Below are positions 48,475 to 58,664 of a stretch of 64,000 nucleotides of DNA, one piece after another. This DNA comes from Dehalococcoidia bacterium. GTDB lineage: Bacteria; Chloroflexota; Dehalococcoidia; Plut-88900. The stretch lies in contig OZ240215.1 of assembly GCA_965197585.1 (NCBI GenBank), positions 1,248,001-1,312,000 on the forward strand, read 5' to 3'. How positions within the stretch are numbered: position 1 is the stretch's first letter; every line of letters starts with the position of its first letter. The notes below the pieces were generated by a model, which was not told where the DNA came from, did not search any database, and worked only from the letters and a program-made list of their open reading frames with translations. Position numbers and translations under genes: made by a program.

Positions 48475-49376
48475 TTACCGTAAAAAGCTACAAGAATTCA
48501 GACCTGGACCGGCTCTGGTCTCTCACCAACTCCATCCACGGCGACAAAGGCTGGTGGGCCGCCCGATCCATCGACAACATGTACGTATGGCTTGGTCAAC
48601 CCACAATAGACCCCGAGCGGGACGTCTTCCTAGCCCTGGACCGCGACCAACCCATCGCCTATCTAATAGCCAATATGGAGCCTCCCCTCAAGCGCGTGGT
48701 CCTTGAAGGCGCCGTCCACCCCGACCACCTTCATCGGGGCGCCGGCACCCGACTCGTCGAAGCCTCGGTTAACAGGGCGTCCGGCCTCGGATACGAGATA
48801 ATCCAGATGGCTTTCCCCTTCGGCGCACTCAACACCCGCAGGCTCGCCAAGCGCTGCGGCTTTCGCTTCATCCGTAAGTTCTGGGAGATGAAGCTCGATG
48901 ACCCCTCCACCGTCCCCGACCCCGGCCTGTCATCAGAATTCCAGATCCGCCCCTTCAGAGACGGCGACGAAGACCGGCTCCGCTTCGTCCAGAACCTGTC
49001 CTTTGCCAAGCACTGGGGATACAGCCCCAATAGACCCGAAGACGTCCACTACAAGGTTCGCATGGGCCTCTTCAGCTTCGACGACATTCTCCTGGTCCTG
49101 GACGGCGACACACCAGTCGGCTTCAACTGGACTCGGCTGGAGCGCGGAGATAAAAGTACCCAAGGCTGGATCGGGATGATGGGCGCCCACCCCGAATACC
49201 GGGGCAAGGGCCTGGGCACGTCCATAATGAGGGCCGGAGTTCAATATCTGAGAGATTCAGGCGCGTCCCGCATCGACCTCACAGTCGACAGCCAGAACCC
49301 GAGCGCCCACAGGATATATCGAGCCGGGGGGTTCAGAAGACAGGCCGTGACGGTTTGGTACGAACGGGCCTTGTAA
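48471..49376 (+). CDS. Tandem GNAT acetyltransferase (MshD-like)
   Basis: [36 protein letters not shown]. The frame is open from 48471 after AGGAGG; the first ATG is at 48579. Confidence 0.8.
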   Translation: MITVKSYKNSDLDRLWSLTNSIHGDKGWWAARSIDNMYVWLGQPTIDPERDVFLALDRDQPIAYLIANMEPPLKRVVLEGAVHPDHLHRGAGTRLVEASVNRASGLGYEIIQMAFPFGALNTRRLAKRCGFRFIRKFWEMKLDDPSTVPDPGLSSEFQIRPFRDGDEDRLRFVQNLSFAKHWGYSPNRPEDVHYKVRMGLFSFDDILLVLDGDTPVGFNWTRLERGDKSTQGWIGMMGAHPEYRGKGLGTSIMRAGVQYLRDSGASRIDLTVDSQNPSAHRIYRAGGFRRQAVTVWYERAL

Positions 49377-49382
49377 CCGGTC

Positions 49383-50606
49383 TTAGTTAACCGCCCGGTA
49401 CACCGACTCGTACAGACCAGCGACCCGACCGGCCACCGTAGGCCAGTCCAGCGCAGCCACCGACTCCCGCGCCTGCGACGCCAGCAGTCCACGCAGCCGC
49501 ACGTCATTTAGCAGCAGGCTTATCTTCTCGGCCAAAGTCTCGGGGTTACGGTCCCGGATCAGGCTGCCGTTCAGCCCGTCCTTCACAGTCTCAGGCAGCC
49601 CCCCGACCGCCGTGGCCACCACGGGAGTGCCGCAGGCAATCGCCTCCGCCGCTACCAGCCCGAAGCTTTCGTAGAAGGATGGGACCACACAGAGATCGGC
49701 CGCGTTGTAGTAGTGGACCAGCCGTTTGTGGGGTACCGTCCCTTCGAATGAAACCAGGTGATCTATCCCCAGTTCCCCTGCCAGCCGACGCACCTTCGTA
49801 ACCTCTTCATCCCCCGTCACGTCCCCGCCCACGATTAGTACCTTCAATCTTTCATTTAGGTCCATCCTCGCCACCGACTCCAGCAAGAGCTCAGGCCCCT
49901 TGAGTGGCTGAACTCGGCCCACGTAGAGTAGGACATTCTCGTCGCCAAGCCCAAGTTCCCGTCGTGCCTCATCTTTGGGCATCGGCTTGAAGACATCCAT
50001 GTCAACGCCGCAGGGGATGACCTGAATCCGGTCTCCCGGCGCCTCGTAGAAGTCGATCATATTGCCCCGCTCGTGCTCGCTAACGGCGACAATACGGTCC
50101 GCCCGATGCAGGGTGTCCCTCTCCGACCGGATCCGCACTATGCTCTCGTTCTCCTCGGACCGTGCGCGTATCTTCGCCTCTCCCAACGTGTGGAAGCTGG
50201 CGACGTGGGGAAGCCTTACGTGTTGATTAAGCCTCGACACCACCTCCCCCGACAACCAGTAGTGGCTGTGATACAGATCGTAAGCCAGACCGCGCTCCCT
50301 TTGGAAGCTGATCATGTTTTCCACGAATTCCGGGAGTAGGGAATAGATGCCCTCTTTGGATTCGTACCAGGGCCCCGCCTTGATATGTATCACCCGAGAC
50401 CCGGGTCCCAGGTCGACTATCTCGGGATCGTTCGGGTCGTGGAAGCGGGTGAAAACGTCGGCGGTGATCCCAAGGCTGCCCAGTTCCTTGGCCAATTGAA
50501 GCAGATATACGTTCATGCCCCCGGTGTCTTTCTCACCCAAACGGGCGAGGGGGCAACCGTGGACGCTGACTAGCGCTATCCGCAAATTATCCTTGGACAT
50601 GGACAC
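49383..50606 (-). CDS. GT4 glycosyltransferase (MshA-like)
   Basis: SVHGCPL, DTGGMNVY, HSHYWLSG, FHTLG, GRVQPLKG, PSFYESFGLVAAEA. Confidence 0.9.
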   Translation of the reverse strand: MSMSKDNLRIALVSVHGCPLARLGEKDTGGMNVYLLQLAKELGSLGITADVFTRFHDPNDPEIVDLGPGSRVIHIKAGPWYESKEGIYSLLPEFVENMISFQRERGLAYDLYHSHYWLSGEVVSRLNQHVRLPHVASFHTLGEAKIRARSEENESIVRIRSERDTLHRADRIVAVSEHERGNMIDFYEAPGDRIQVIPCGVDMDVFKPMPKDEARRELGLGDENVLLYVGRVQPLKGPELLLESVARMDLNERLKVLIVGGDVTGDEEVTKVRRLAGELGIDHLVSFEGTVPHKRLVHYYNAADLCVVPSFYESFGLVAAEAIACGTPVVATAVGGLPETVKDGLNGSLIRDRNPETLAEKISLLLNDVRLRGLLASQARESVAALDWPTVAGRVAGLYESVYRAVN

Positions 50607-50642
50607 GGTGAACTGGTGTGTATGTGCACTGAAAAAGACGCC

Positions 50643-51626
50643 CTAGCGGTTGGCCGATATGGTGTAAACAACTTCGTCGACGGCCCCTAGGTGATATTTG
50701 TACGGCTCGGCGCCCCTCAGGAAATTGAATTCCGTTTTGCCATTCTCAATGGCTTGCTTAAGGCACAATGCCTTTAGTAGCAGCCCGACGCTAAGGTGTG
50801 AATACTCTGTATCGTACCCGCTGTTATAGAGGAAATATCGGTTGTCGTAGTCGAAGCAGATGGTCGAAGAAACCCGCTTGCCGTCCACTTCCAGAAAGCT
50901 GAGCCGCACGGCCCCGATCTTCGCAAGCCCCGAAAGTGTGTTCCTGAAGAACCCTCTCATCTTCGGGGTCATGAACGCCGCTTTGTCGACTCGGCTGCCC
51001 TCCAGCAACCCTAGAAACTCCTCCAAATCTTTGGGAAATCCGTCACATTGGGCAGCGACATGATATCTCACGTCTCCAGCACTGTAAAGGCGGCGCAGCT
51101 TCCTGCGAAGCTCGTGGCGGTCTTTCTTGCTCAGCCCAGCTAGATACTCGTCCCAGCTTCCCGGCAGCTTGACGGTTGGGCACACTTCCTCTGGCCGGAT
51201 TGTCACCCCGACCCCACGCTCCCGAAGGGAGTCCACGAGCCGCGTCATGGTCGGAGACTGACCGTCGACCCCGTTCAGCGCCAATTCCTTCCACTCCATC
51301 TCCAGCACGTGCTCCGTGATCGCCGCGTAAACCTCTTCCTCCCGACCTTCTGCCACCACGAAGTCCATGTAGTCGCAAACGTTGGCGCTCCCGATAAACG
51401 ATAGTTCGTTTGCTGCCCTCTTCAAGGGAAGCACCCCAACCAGTTCTTCACCATCCATGCAGGCGTAGAGAAGCAATTCGTGGCCGTCGGAAAGAGACTC
51501 CCACCAGAGCTCGTACCATTGGGGACTCAGGAAGATGTTGTTCTCCCCCGCCCTACCCAACAGCCCCTCCCATCGCGGCTCAAGCCCCGAGAAAGTCTCC
51601 CGCACCATTTGCAGACCCGTCATCAA
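50643..51626 (-). CDS. GNAT family protein (CelD/BcsL-like)
   Basis: CDYMD, LPGSWDEYL, RHELRRKLRR, YNSGYD, FLRGAEPYKY. Confidence 0.85.
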   Translation of the reverse strand: MMTGLQMVRETFSGLEPRWEGLLGRAGENNIFLSPQWYELWWESLSDGHELLLYACMDGEELVGVLPLKRAANELSFIGSANVCDYMDFVVAEGREEEVYAAITEHVLEMEWKELALNGVDGQSPTMTRLVDSLRERGVGVTIRPEEVCPTVKLPGSWDEYLAGLSKKDRHELRRKLRRLYSAGDVRYHVAAQCDGFPKDLEEFLGLLEGSRVDKAAFMTPKMRGFFRNTLSGLAKIGAVRLSFLEVDGKRVSSTICFDYDNRYFLYNSGYDTEYSHLSVGLLLKALCLKQAIENGKTEFNFLRGAEPYKYHLGAVDEVVYTISANR

Positions 51627-52183
51627 CTCCCCTGTAGAATCGAAATGAGCTGTTCCTTGGTGTACCGACCCCGCTCGAAGTCACCTCTTGTCGCCAGGGT
51701 GACGATGCGAGTCCCGGGCTTCTGAATCCCCCGCATGGTCATGCACAGGTGCTCGGCGTTTAACATCACCACCAACCCGTCCGGCGATACTGCTTCGAAT
51801 ATCGTATCAGCCGCCTGCTGCGTCAATCGCTCCTGCATCTGCGGCCTCCGAGACAGGATCTCCACGACTCGGGCCAGCTTGCTCACCCCCGCCACCTTCC
51901 CGCTCGGAATGTAGCCTATGTCCGCCGACCCAAAGAAGGGCAGCAGGTGGTGCTCACACATCGAATAGAAGGGCATGTGCCGCACCATGACCAGGTCGTC
52001 ATGGTCTGCCTCGAAACTCGCGGCCAACTCCTTGGACGGGTCCTGGTCGATTCCCGAAAACAGCTCTTCATACGCCACCGCCACCCGAGTCGGCGTGTCC
52101 AGCAACCCGTTGCTCGGGCTCAGCGCCCCGAGCCCGGCTATTATCTCCCCGACCGCCTTTTCTATGGCCTCTTTGTCTACCAA
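51623..52183 (-). CDS. folE: GTP cyclohydrolase I
   Basis: DTPTRV, SMCEHHLLPF, GVSKLAR, QERLT, HLCMTMRG. Confidence 0.95.
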   Translation of the reverse strand: MVDKEAIEKAVGEIIAGLGALSPSNGLLDTPTRVAVAYEELFSGIDQDPSKELAASFEADHDDLVMVRHMPFYSMCEHHLLPFFGSADIGYIPSGKVAGVSKLARVVEILSRRPQMQERLTQQAADTIFEAVSPDGLVVMLNAEHLCMTMRGIQKPGTRIVTLATRGDFERGRYTKEQLISILQGS

Positions 52184-52192
52184 CTGTCCATC

Positions 52193-53263
52193 CTAAGTCG
52201 CAGACCGGACCCGGCTTAGTCCAAGAACGGACTCAACCCCCTCCACTGTTGGAGGAGCCTCCAGGAACGTCCCTCTACTCTGCAGGGCAATCTCCTGGTC
52301 CTTGAGTCCCGTACCCGTGATCACGCACACCGCCGAGGCCTCGCGAAAATCTTTCCCGTCCCGCACCATTTTATACAGCCCCGCCACCGAGGCGGCAGAG
52401 GCCGGTTCTCCAAATATCCCCTCTTTTTCCGCAATCGTTCGGTAGGCAGCCAGAATCTCATCGTCAGTGACCTTGTCTATTACCCCACCCGACTCCCTCT
52501 CCGCCGCCAGTGCCCCGCTCCAGCTCGCCGGGTTCCCTATTCTGATCGCCGAGGCCACAGTTTCGGGGTTCTCTATTGGCTTCCCTTCGACTATTGGAGC
52601 AGCCCCGGCAGCCTGAAAACCCATCATCCGCGGCCTGTTCCCCGCCTTCCCCAAATCTGCATATTCTTTGAAACCCTTCCAGTACGCCGTGATGTTCCCT
52701 GCGTTGCCCACGGGCACGAAAAGGTAGTTCGGGGCCTCTCCCAGATCGTCCACTATCTCGAAGGCTGCCGTCTTCTGTCCTTCTATTCTGTTGGGGTTCA
52801 GAGAATTCACGAAGGCCACTTCATAAGTGTCGGTGAGAGTCTGGGCAATGCGTAATATCTCGTCGAAGCTGCCGTCTACACTGACCAGCTTGGCCCCGTG
52901 GACCAGTGCCTGGGAAAGTTTACCTCTGGCTATCCGACCCTTGGGCGCCAGCACGTACGTCGCCAGCCCGAACCGTGCCCCGAATGCCGATGCCGAGGCG
53001 CTCGTGTTCCCCGTCGAGGCGCACATGATAGCCTCCGCATTCGCTTCCAGGGCCTTCGCCACCGCAACCACCATTCCCCGGTCCTTGAAAGACCCTGTCG
53101 GGTTGCATCCCTCCAGTTTGAAATAGAGCCTCCCGACACCCAGTTCCTTTTCAATCGTTCTCGAACGCACCAGGGGAGTGCTGCCTTCGCCAATGGTGAT
53201 CATCGGCGTTGAACGTGTAAGCGGGAGATATTCGCCGTACCTGTTGAGAACTCCCTGTCCCAT
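52193..53263 (-). CDS. thrC: Threonine synthase
   Basis: EGCNPTGSFKDRG, CASTGNTSASA, PVGNAGN, TGTGLKD. Confidence 0.95.
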   Translation of the reverse strand: MGQGVLNRYGEYLPLTRSTPMITIGEGSTPLVRSRTIEKELGVGRLYFKLEGCNPTGSFKDRGMVVAVAKALEANAEAIMCASTGNTSASASAFGARFGLATYVLAPKGRIARGKLSQALVHGAKLVSVDGSFDEILRIAQTLTDTYEVAFVNSLNPNRIEGQKTAAFEIVDDLGEAPNYLFVPVGNAGNITAYWKGFKEYADLGKAGNRPRMMGFQAAGAAPIVEGKPIENPETVASAIRIGNPASWSGALAAERESGGVIDKVTDDEILAAYRTIAEKEGIFGEPASAASVAGLYKMVRDGKDFREASAVCVITGTGLKDQEIALQSRGTFLEAPPTVEGVESVLGLSRVRSAT

Positions 53264-53276
53264 CAGTCCCTCTCCC

Positions 53277-54590
53277 TCAACCTTCAACCCGAATCACGTT
53301 CCCGATCTCCCTCACGGCCTCGAGCCCCTCCATCCTCCCAACCGAACCCCGCATCGACTTCTCCGATGCGGGGTGTGTCATCAATACAATCTCGGCAGTA
53401 TTGTTCTCGGGGTCTGACCTCTTCTGGATCACCGAGGCCAGACTGATCTGCATCTCGTTAAATATCTGCGTTATCTGCGCCAGGACGCCATAGGTGTCTT
53501 CCACCGTCATCCGCACGTAGAACTGGCTCTCGCTCTCTACCATCGGCCTTATCGCCTTCGGCACGGCCGACGATACCGGCCACCCGTTGGCCTGGCCCAT
53601 CGACATCGCCTTGGCGATTCTCAAGACGTCGGAGATAACGGCGCTGGCGGTGGGCTCGGGGCCCGCGCCCCGGCCATATAGCAGTATCCTGCCCGCCACG
53701 TCAGTGTCTATCTGGATGGCATTGAAAACACCGTCCACCTTGGCTAACAGCAGGTCTTCGGGCAGAAGCGTAGGATGCACCCCTACTTGAATCGACTTCC
53801 CATCATTCTTGCCTATGGCCAGCAGCTTGATTGCATACCCCAGCTCTCGGGCGTACTGAAAGTCCCGCGCCGCCAGCCGAGATATGCCTTCACAATATAC
53901 GTCCGAGGTTCGTACCTCCGAATGAAATGCCAGGCTAGCGATTAGAGCCAGCTTGTGGGCCGCATCCGTCCCCTCGATGTCGGCAGAGGGGTCGGGCTCT
54001 GCATAACCCAGTTCCGAAGCCTCCTTCAAGGCCTCCCCGAACTCGATACCCTCTTGCGACATCCTAGTCAGGATGTAGTTTGTGGTCCCGTTAATGATGG
54101 CTGTGATGCCGGTGACTTCATTGGCGGATAGATCGTGGTGGAGGGTGCTTATGAGGGGAATCCCGCCGCCTGCGCTGGCCTCATACAGAAGCGCAACTCC
54201 TTGACGCTGTGCCAGCCCCGAAAGATCAGGCCCGTGCTTGCCCATCACCTCTTTGTTGGCCGTCACCACGTGCTTGCCTCTGGACAAGGCCTCACGGATA
54301 TACTCTCGGGCAGGCTCTTCTCCACCCATCAATTCGACTATTATGTCGACTTCCGGGTCTTGAAGCAGGTCAGCCGCGTCGGTAGTGAACAGTTCAGGTG
54401 GTAGGGAGGCAGGTCTGGGCTTGGATGTGTCTCTTACCAGCGCTCGCCGGATTTCGATACAGGCCCCGGGGCCCGCATCCAAGGCCCCCGCTTTCTCTTC
54501 CAGTACCGCCGCCACCCCACTCCCGACCACCCCAACTCCCATAAGTCCAATCCCGATCTTCTTCGATGGGGAAGCTGGTTGGGTGTTCAT
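53277..54590 (-). CDS. hom: Homoserine dehydrogenase with C-terminal ACT domain
   Basis: GVGVVGSG, VVTANK, YEASAGGGIP, NGTTNYIL, GRGAG. Confidence 0.95.
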   Translation of the reverse strand: MNTQPASPSKKIGIGLMGVGVVGSGVAAVLEEKAGALDAGPGACIEIRRALVRDTSKPRPASLPPELFTTDAADLLQDPEVDIIVELMGGEEPAREYIREALSRGKHVVTANKEVMGKHGPDLSGLAQRQGVALLYEASAGGGIPLISTLHHDLSANEVTGITAIINGTTNYILTRMSQEGIEFGEALKEASELGYAEPDPSADIEGTDAAHKLALIASLAFHSEVRTSDVYCEGISRLAARDFQYARELGYAIKLLAIGKNDGKSIQVGVHPTLLPEDLLLAKVDGVFNAIQIDTDVAGRILLYGRGAGPEPTASAVISDVLRIAKAMSMGQANGWPVSSAVPKAIRPMVESESQFYVRMTVEDTYGVLAQITQIFNEMQISLASVIQKRSDPENNTAEIVLMTHPASEKSMRGSVGRMEGLEAVREIGNVIRVEG

Positions 54591-54679
54591 GCTTGGGGAT
54601 ATGCTAAAACGTTTTGGGAATATCCGGCCCTGCTCTCCAGGGGCCGAGGCACGGACTGTTGTCAAAGTCCTTCGACGCC

Positions 54680-54988
54680 TTACGCAGAGACGACTATTGG
54701 GCCGGTGTCCATCGTGTGGGTCGGGGCAATGGGCAGTAAAGCTATGGTCCGGGCCCTCTTTATGGCCGTGGTCAGCCTGCGCTGGTGCTTTGCGCAGGTG
54801 CCGGTCTTCCGCCGGGGCTCGATCTTCGCCCTGTCGGAAATGAAACGTTTCAGCTTCGTCGGGTCTTTGTATTCTATGGTCTTTACCTTGTCTACGCAGA
54901 ACGAGCAGACCTTACGCCTGCGTGCGAACCACGTTTTGCCTCCCCGCCGCTCCCTTGGTGGACCCGATCTCGACCTTGACTGGACCAA
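54680..54988 (-). CDS. rpsR: 30S ribosomal protein S18
   Basis: [27 protein letters not shown]. Confidence 0.96.
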   Translation of the reverse strand: MVQSRSRSGPPRERRGGKTWFARRRKVCSFCVDKVKTIEYKDPTKLKRFISDRAKIEPRRKTGTCAKHQRRLTTAIKRARTIALLPIAPTHTMDTGPIVVSA

Positions 54989-55064
54989 TTTAGACCATCC
55001 CTTTCTCGAACTCGCTCAGAGGCGTGACGTTAGAACTCAGTATGTCTTGACTTGCTTGGGCGCG

Positions 55065-55469
55065 CTAGAAGGGCAGGTCCTCATCCCCGACTCCGGTATT
55101 CTCCCCGTACGCCTCGTCCCCAGGGACGGTTACCACGGGTTGCCGGTCCAGGAACAGGACACGATCGGCTATGATCTCGTTCGTGAATCTGGTCTGGCCG
55201 TCGCGGCCCTCCCAGGTATCGCTCTTCAGCCTGCCTTCTACGTAGACCCGCTTGCCCTTTTGTAAGAATTGATTGCAGGACTCGGCCTGCTGGTTCCAGG
55301 CGACTACCCTGAACCACTCGGTCTCCTGCCGCCGCTCACCACCTTTTGGTGTGTAGGACCTGCTCACCGCAATTCGAAATGAAGTTACGGCGTTGCCGTT
55401 GGGGGTGTACCGCATCTCGGGGTCCGTCCCCAGGTTGCCGATCACCATCATCTTGTTCAAGCCAACCAT
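55065..55469 (-). CDS. ssb: Single-stranded DNA-binding protein
   Basis: LNKMMVIGNLGTDPEMRYT, VYVEGRL, C-terminal EDLPF. Confidence 0.97.
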   Translation of the reverse strand: MVGLNKMMVIGNLGTDPEMRYTPNGNAVTSFRIAVSRSYTPKGGERRQETEWFRVVAWNQQAESCNQFLQKGKRVYVEGRLKSDTWEGRDGQTRFTNEIIADRVLFLDRQPVVTVPGDEAYGENTGVGDEDLPF

Positions 55470-55471
55470 GA

Positions 55472-55990
55472 TTACGGCTCTCCTTTAACCTCCGCCTCCG
55501 GCTGCTCTGCAGCCTCGGCAGTCGGCTTCTCAGCGCCTCCCGACTCTTCCGCCGTTGCCGGCCCTGACGCCTCTTCTGCAGGCGGCTCAGCCGCGGGCGC
55601 CTCAGCTACGGGGGCTTCTGCAGGTGCCGCGGACTCAGCGGGTTTCGCTGGGGTCACCACCGCAACCGGCTTGGGTGGCTCTTGGGCAGCCTTCTGAAAC
55701 TCCGCCTCATCCACCTTGATTACCATGTGTTTAAGCACTTCCTGGGCAAGAACGAGGTCCGCCTCCAATTCGGAAGCGTGCTGCGGTTCCAGGGCAAAAG
55801 TGGTGAGCAGGTAGTGGGCCTCAGTGTGTCTCTGGAGAGGGTAGGCCAGTCGGCGTCTTCCCCATCTCTGGACCCGAGCTATCGAGCCGCCCCTGGAGGT
55901 GATGAACTCATTGATCTTTTCCGACGTTTTCGGCACATCCTCGTCTGCAATCTGCGGATCGACGATGGTTACTATCTCATAGCCTTGCAA
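55472..55990 (-). CDS. rpsF: 30S ribosomal protein S6 with Ala/Glu/Pro-rich C-terminal tail
   Basis: YEIVTIVDP, WGRRRLAYP; rpsF-ssb-rpsR synteny. Confidence 0.94.
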   Translation of the reverse strand: MQGYEIVTIVDPQIADEDVPKTSEKINEFITSRGGSIARVQRWGRRRLAYPLQRHTEAHYLLTTFALEPQHASELEADLVLAQEVLKHMVIKVDEAEFQKAAQEPPKPVAVVTPAKPAESAAPAEAPVAEAPAAEPPAEEASGPATAEESGGAEKPTAEAAEQPEAEVKGEP

Positions 55991-56071
55991 GGGCGAACTC
56001 CCACTATTATAAAATCCGGTTTTTGGCCGAAAGGCATTATAGCATAGGCCCCACAGCCCCTAGTCCCGCGC

Positions 56072-57316
56072 CTAGTAGTCAATCCCCGGCACCGGGAACC
56101 GAGACGTCAACTCTCCAACGGCGTCCATGACCTCTGCCTTGACCATCTCGTCGTCGATGTTCGTAACCACCCGATACATCAGCCGAGCGATTTCGGCCAT
56201 TTCATTGGGTCCGAAACCTCTGCTGGTCACCGCCGGAGTCCCGACCCGCAACCCGCTCGTGATCCGGGGCGGACGTGGATCGTTGGGTATCGCGTTCTTG
56301 TTGGCCGTGATGTTCACGGCGTCCAACGCTTCTTCGGCCTCTTTCCCAGTGAGCCCCAACGCCGACACGTCCACCAGCATCAAGTGCGTGTCCGTTCCCC
56401 CCGACACAATTCTGAACCCCAACTCTTGAAGCTGGTTCGCCAGAATTCGGGCATTGTCCACGACGGACTGCTGATACTGCTTGAACTCGGGCCTCAGGGC
56501 CTCCCCGAAGGCCACCGCCTTGGCCGCAATTGCGTGCATGAAAGGGCCGCCCTGCATGCGGGGGAAGACCCCCTTGTCTATGGAGCTTGCGAGGTCCTTG
56601 TTGCACATGATCATCGCTCCACGCGGGCCCCGCAGGGTCTTGTGGGTGGTCGTCGTGACTACCTGGGCGTGAGGCACGCACGAGGGGTGCACGCCCGCAG
56701 CCACCAGCCCTGCAATGTGGGCCATGTCAACCATCAGCAAAGCCCCGACTTCATCGGCTATCTGGCGAAAACGTGCAAAATCTATTATCCGCGGGTATGC
56801 CGTGGCCCCCGTCACTATGATCTTGGGCCGGTGCTCCCGCGCCAGTCTGTCCACTTCGTCGTAGTCAATTAGCTCGGTATCGGGATCGAGCCCATAGGAG
56901 ACGAAGTTGTAATAGCGCCCGGAGAAATTTACGGGGCTTCCGTGCGTTAGGTGTCCCCCCTGGTCCAGACGCAGTCCCATAACCGTGTCCCCCGGATCGA
57001 GAAGGGAGAAATATACGCCCATGTTGGCCTGGGCGCCTGCATGAGGCTGGACGTTAACGTGCTCGGCCCCGAACAGCTCCTTAGCCCTTTCGATGGCGAG
57101 TGTCTCGGCCTGGTCCACGAACTCACAGCCACCGTAGTACCTTTTACCTGGATATCCCTCGGCATACTTGTTGGTCAGGATGGATCCCTGGGCTTCCATT
57201 ACCGCCCGGCTCGCATAGTTCTCCGAGGCGATGAGCACTATCTTCCGCTTCTGCCTCTCCGCCTCCGCATCTATTATTCGCTTTATCTCAGAGTCCTGTT
57301 CCAATAGAGTGGTCAT
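56072..57316 (-). CDS. glyA: Serine hydroxymethyltransferase
   Basis: [40 protein letters not shown]. Confidence 0.97.
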   Translation of the reverse strand: MTTLLEQDSEIKRIIDAEAERQKRKIVLIASENYASRAVMEAQGSILTNKYAEGYPGKRYYGGCEFVDQAETLAIERAKELFGAEHVNVQPHAGAQANMGVYFSLLDPGDTVMGLRLDQGGHLTHGSPVNFSGRYYNFVSYGLDPDTELIDYDEVDRLAREHRPKIIVTGATAYPRIIDFARFRQIADEVGALLMVDMAHIAGLVAAGVHPSCVPHAQVVTTTTHKTLRGPRGAMIMCNKDLASSIDKGVFPRMQGGPFMHAIAAKAVAFGEALRPEFKQYQQSVVDNARILANQLQELGFRIVSGGTDTHLMLVDVSALGLTGKEAEEALDAVNITANKNAIPNDPRPPRITSGLRVGTPAVTSRGFGPNEMAEIARLMYRVVTNIDDEMVKAEVMDAVGELTSRFPVPGIDY

Positions 57317-57454
57317 TTCGCCTCTGTTTCTAGGGCTGTCGGCGAGTGGCCGCTCCCATGAAATAAGGCACTTCCTGAAGAGAGTGCCTACCTGAATCGG
57401 GAGCTATGGCCGGCCCACGCCGCAGGGCCCGTTGTCTCTTTTCCTTGACTGAAA

Positions 57455-57484
57455 ATTCTATCTCACGCTAGTCAGGAGAGTCAA
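57455..57484 (-). promoter_or_regulatory. Sigma70-like promoter for glyA
   Basis: TTGACT-N18-TAGAAT on the minus strand. Confidence 0.6.
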
Positions 57485-57504
57485 TGAAAATGACTGTCCT
57501 ACCC

Positions 57505-58653
57505 TCACTCCGTAGGGGCTATCGGCCGACCGTCCCGCTCTCTCTTTGTAGGGGCTACCGGCCGGTAGCCCTCCCAGGCCGCATCTATCAGCGCCAGCAT
57601 CCCCCCCGACACCAGCGAATGCCCCCCCAAGATCACCGGAATCGCCGCCTCCCTTGCCCCGAGCGTGAACTCCCGCAGCCACGGGTCGGCCACCGACTCC
57701 GCTTCCAGCATGTCCGAATAAAATCTGTCGGGCGCCGAGAAGCTCTTTCCTGCGTGATTGAATATCACTCTCGTATCGAGAAACGCCGCGTCCCCCATCT
57801 CCGATAGCTTGTCGAAAAAACCGCTCACCCCCGAAGATTCCAGCAAATAACCCAGTATCGACTTTCCACCCCCACCCCACCCATCCGCCCGCATCCCCCG
57901 CCCCTCCGACACCACCCGGCACCGGCACGCCGTATCAGTCTCCAACCTCGACCACACAAAACTCCCAACCCGGCCAGCCACCGTGACCCGAGCCTCCTTG
58001 TCCGTAAAGCAGGCTATCGCCCTCTTCAGTTGGCTTGCCTGCAATTCAGTGGTGACCAAGGCCCGTCTCAGACCTTCAGGCAATCGTGGATACAGCGACA
58101 GAACCGCCAGGTCAGTGGGCGTGTCCACGTCCATCAGTGTCTCGATGCTCTTGTCCAGGGCGACAGCATCGAGGCCCGCGTGGTCCCTCAGCAAACGCGG
58201 CAGAGGATTGTCGATTTCCGGCAAGGGTATCCTGTCCAATGCCCCCACAGGTGTAAACGCCGTCATGTCCCCCGAATACAGGTTGTTGGATATCACGGTA
58301 TCCGAGCCTTCGCCGAGCCTCTTCGCCACCTCCCCGAACAACGACTCTGAAGCAAGAGGCATCGACCCACCCCCGAGGCAGCAGGCCCGGTCCGCGCCCT
58401 GCTTCCGCAGCACGTCTCTCAAACACCGCCCGAAATGGAACGGCTCCGGCGACCTCTCAACTTCCACATTTGGGAGCTTTATGTCGAGCAGCTCGGGCTC
58501 ATTCGTGACTAGAACGTGCCTGTCGAATCCCCCACACCCCACCGCCTTCCTCAGGTTCTCAACCGCTATCGCCCTCTGCGCCGAGGCCAGCGCCCGCTCC
58601 GGAGCGCTCTCTCCCCACCCCCCAACAAACGTCACGAAAACCGAGTTTCCCAT
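57505..58653 (-). CDS. Hypothetical protein with CofC/nucleotidyltransferase-like N-terminal domain
   Basis: HVLVT, FHFG, GGSMPL, NNLYSGD, MDVDTPTDL (CofC-like DxDTxxDL), GGHSLVSGG. Confidence 0.65.
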   Translation of the reverse strand: MGNSVFVTFVGGWGESAPERALASAQRAIAVENLRKAVGCGGFDRHVLVTNEPELLDIKLPNVEVERSPEPFHFGRCLRDVLRKQGADRACCLGGGSMPLASESLFGEVAKRLGEGSDTVISNNLYSGDMTAFTPVGALDRIPLPEIDNPLPRLLRDHAGLDAVALDKSIETLMDVDTPTDLAVLSLYPRLPEGLRRALVTTELQASQLKRAIACFTDKEARVTVAGRVGSFVWSRLETDTACRCRVVSEGRGMRADGWGGGGKSILGYLLESSGVSGFFDKLSEMGDAAFLDTRVIFNHAGKSFSAPDRFYSDMLEAESVADPWLREFTLGAREAAIPVILGGHSLVSGGMLALIDAAWEGYRPVAPTKRERDGRPIAPTE

Positions 58654-58664
58654 CTCCGCCTTTC

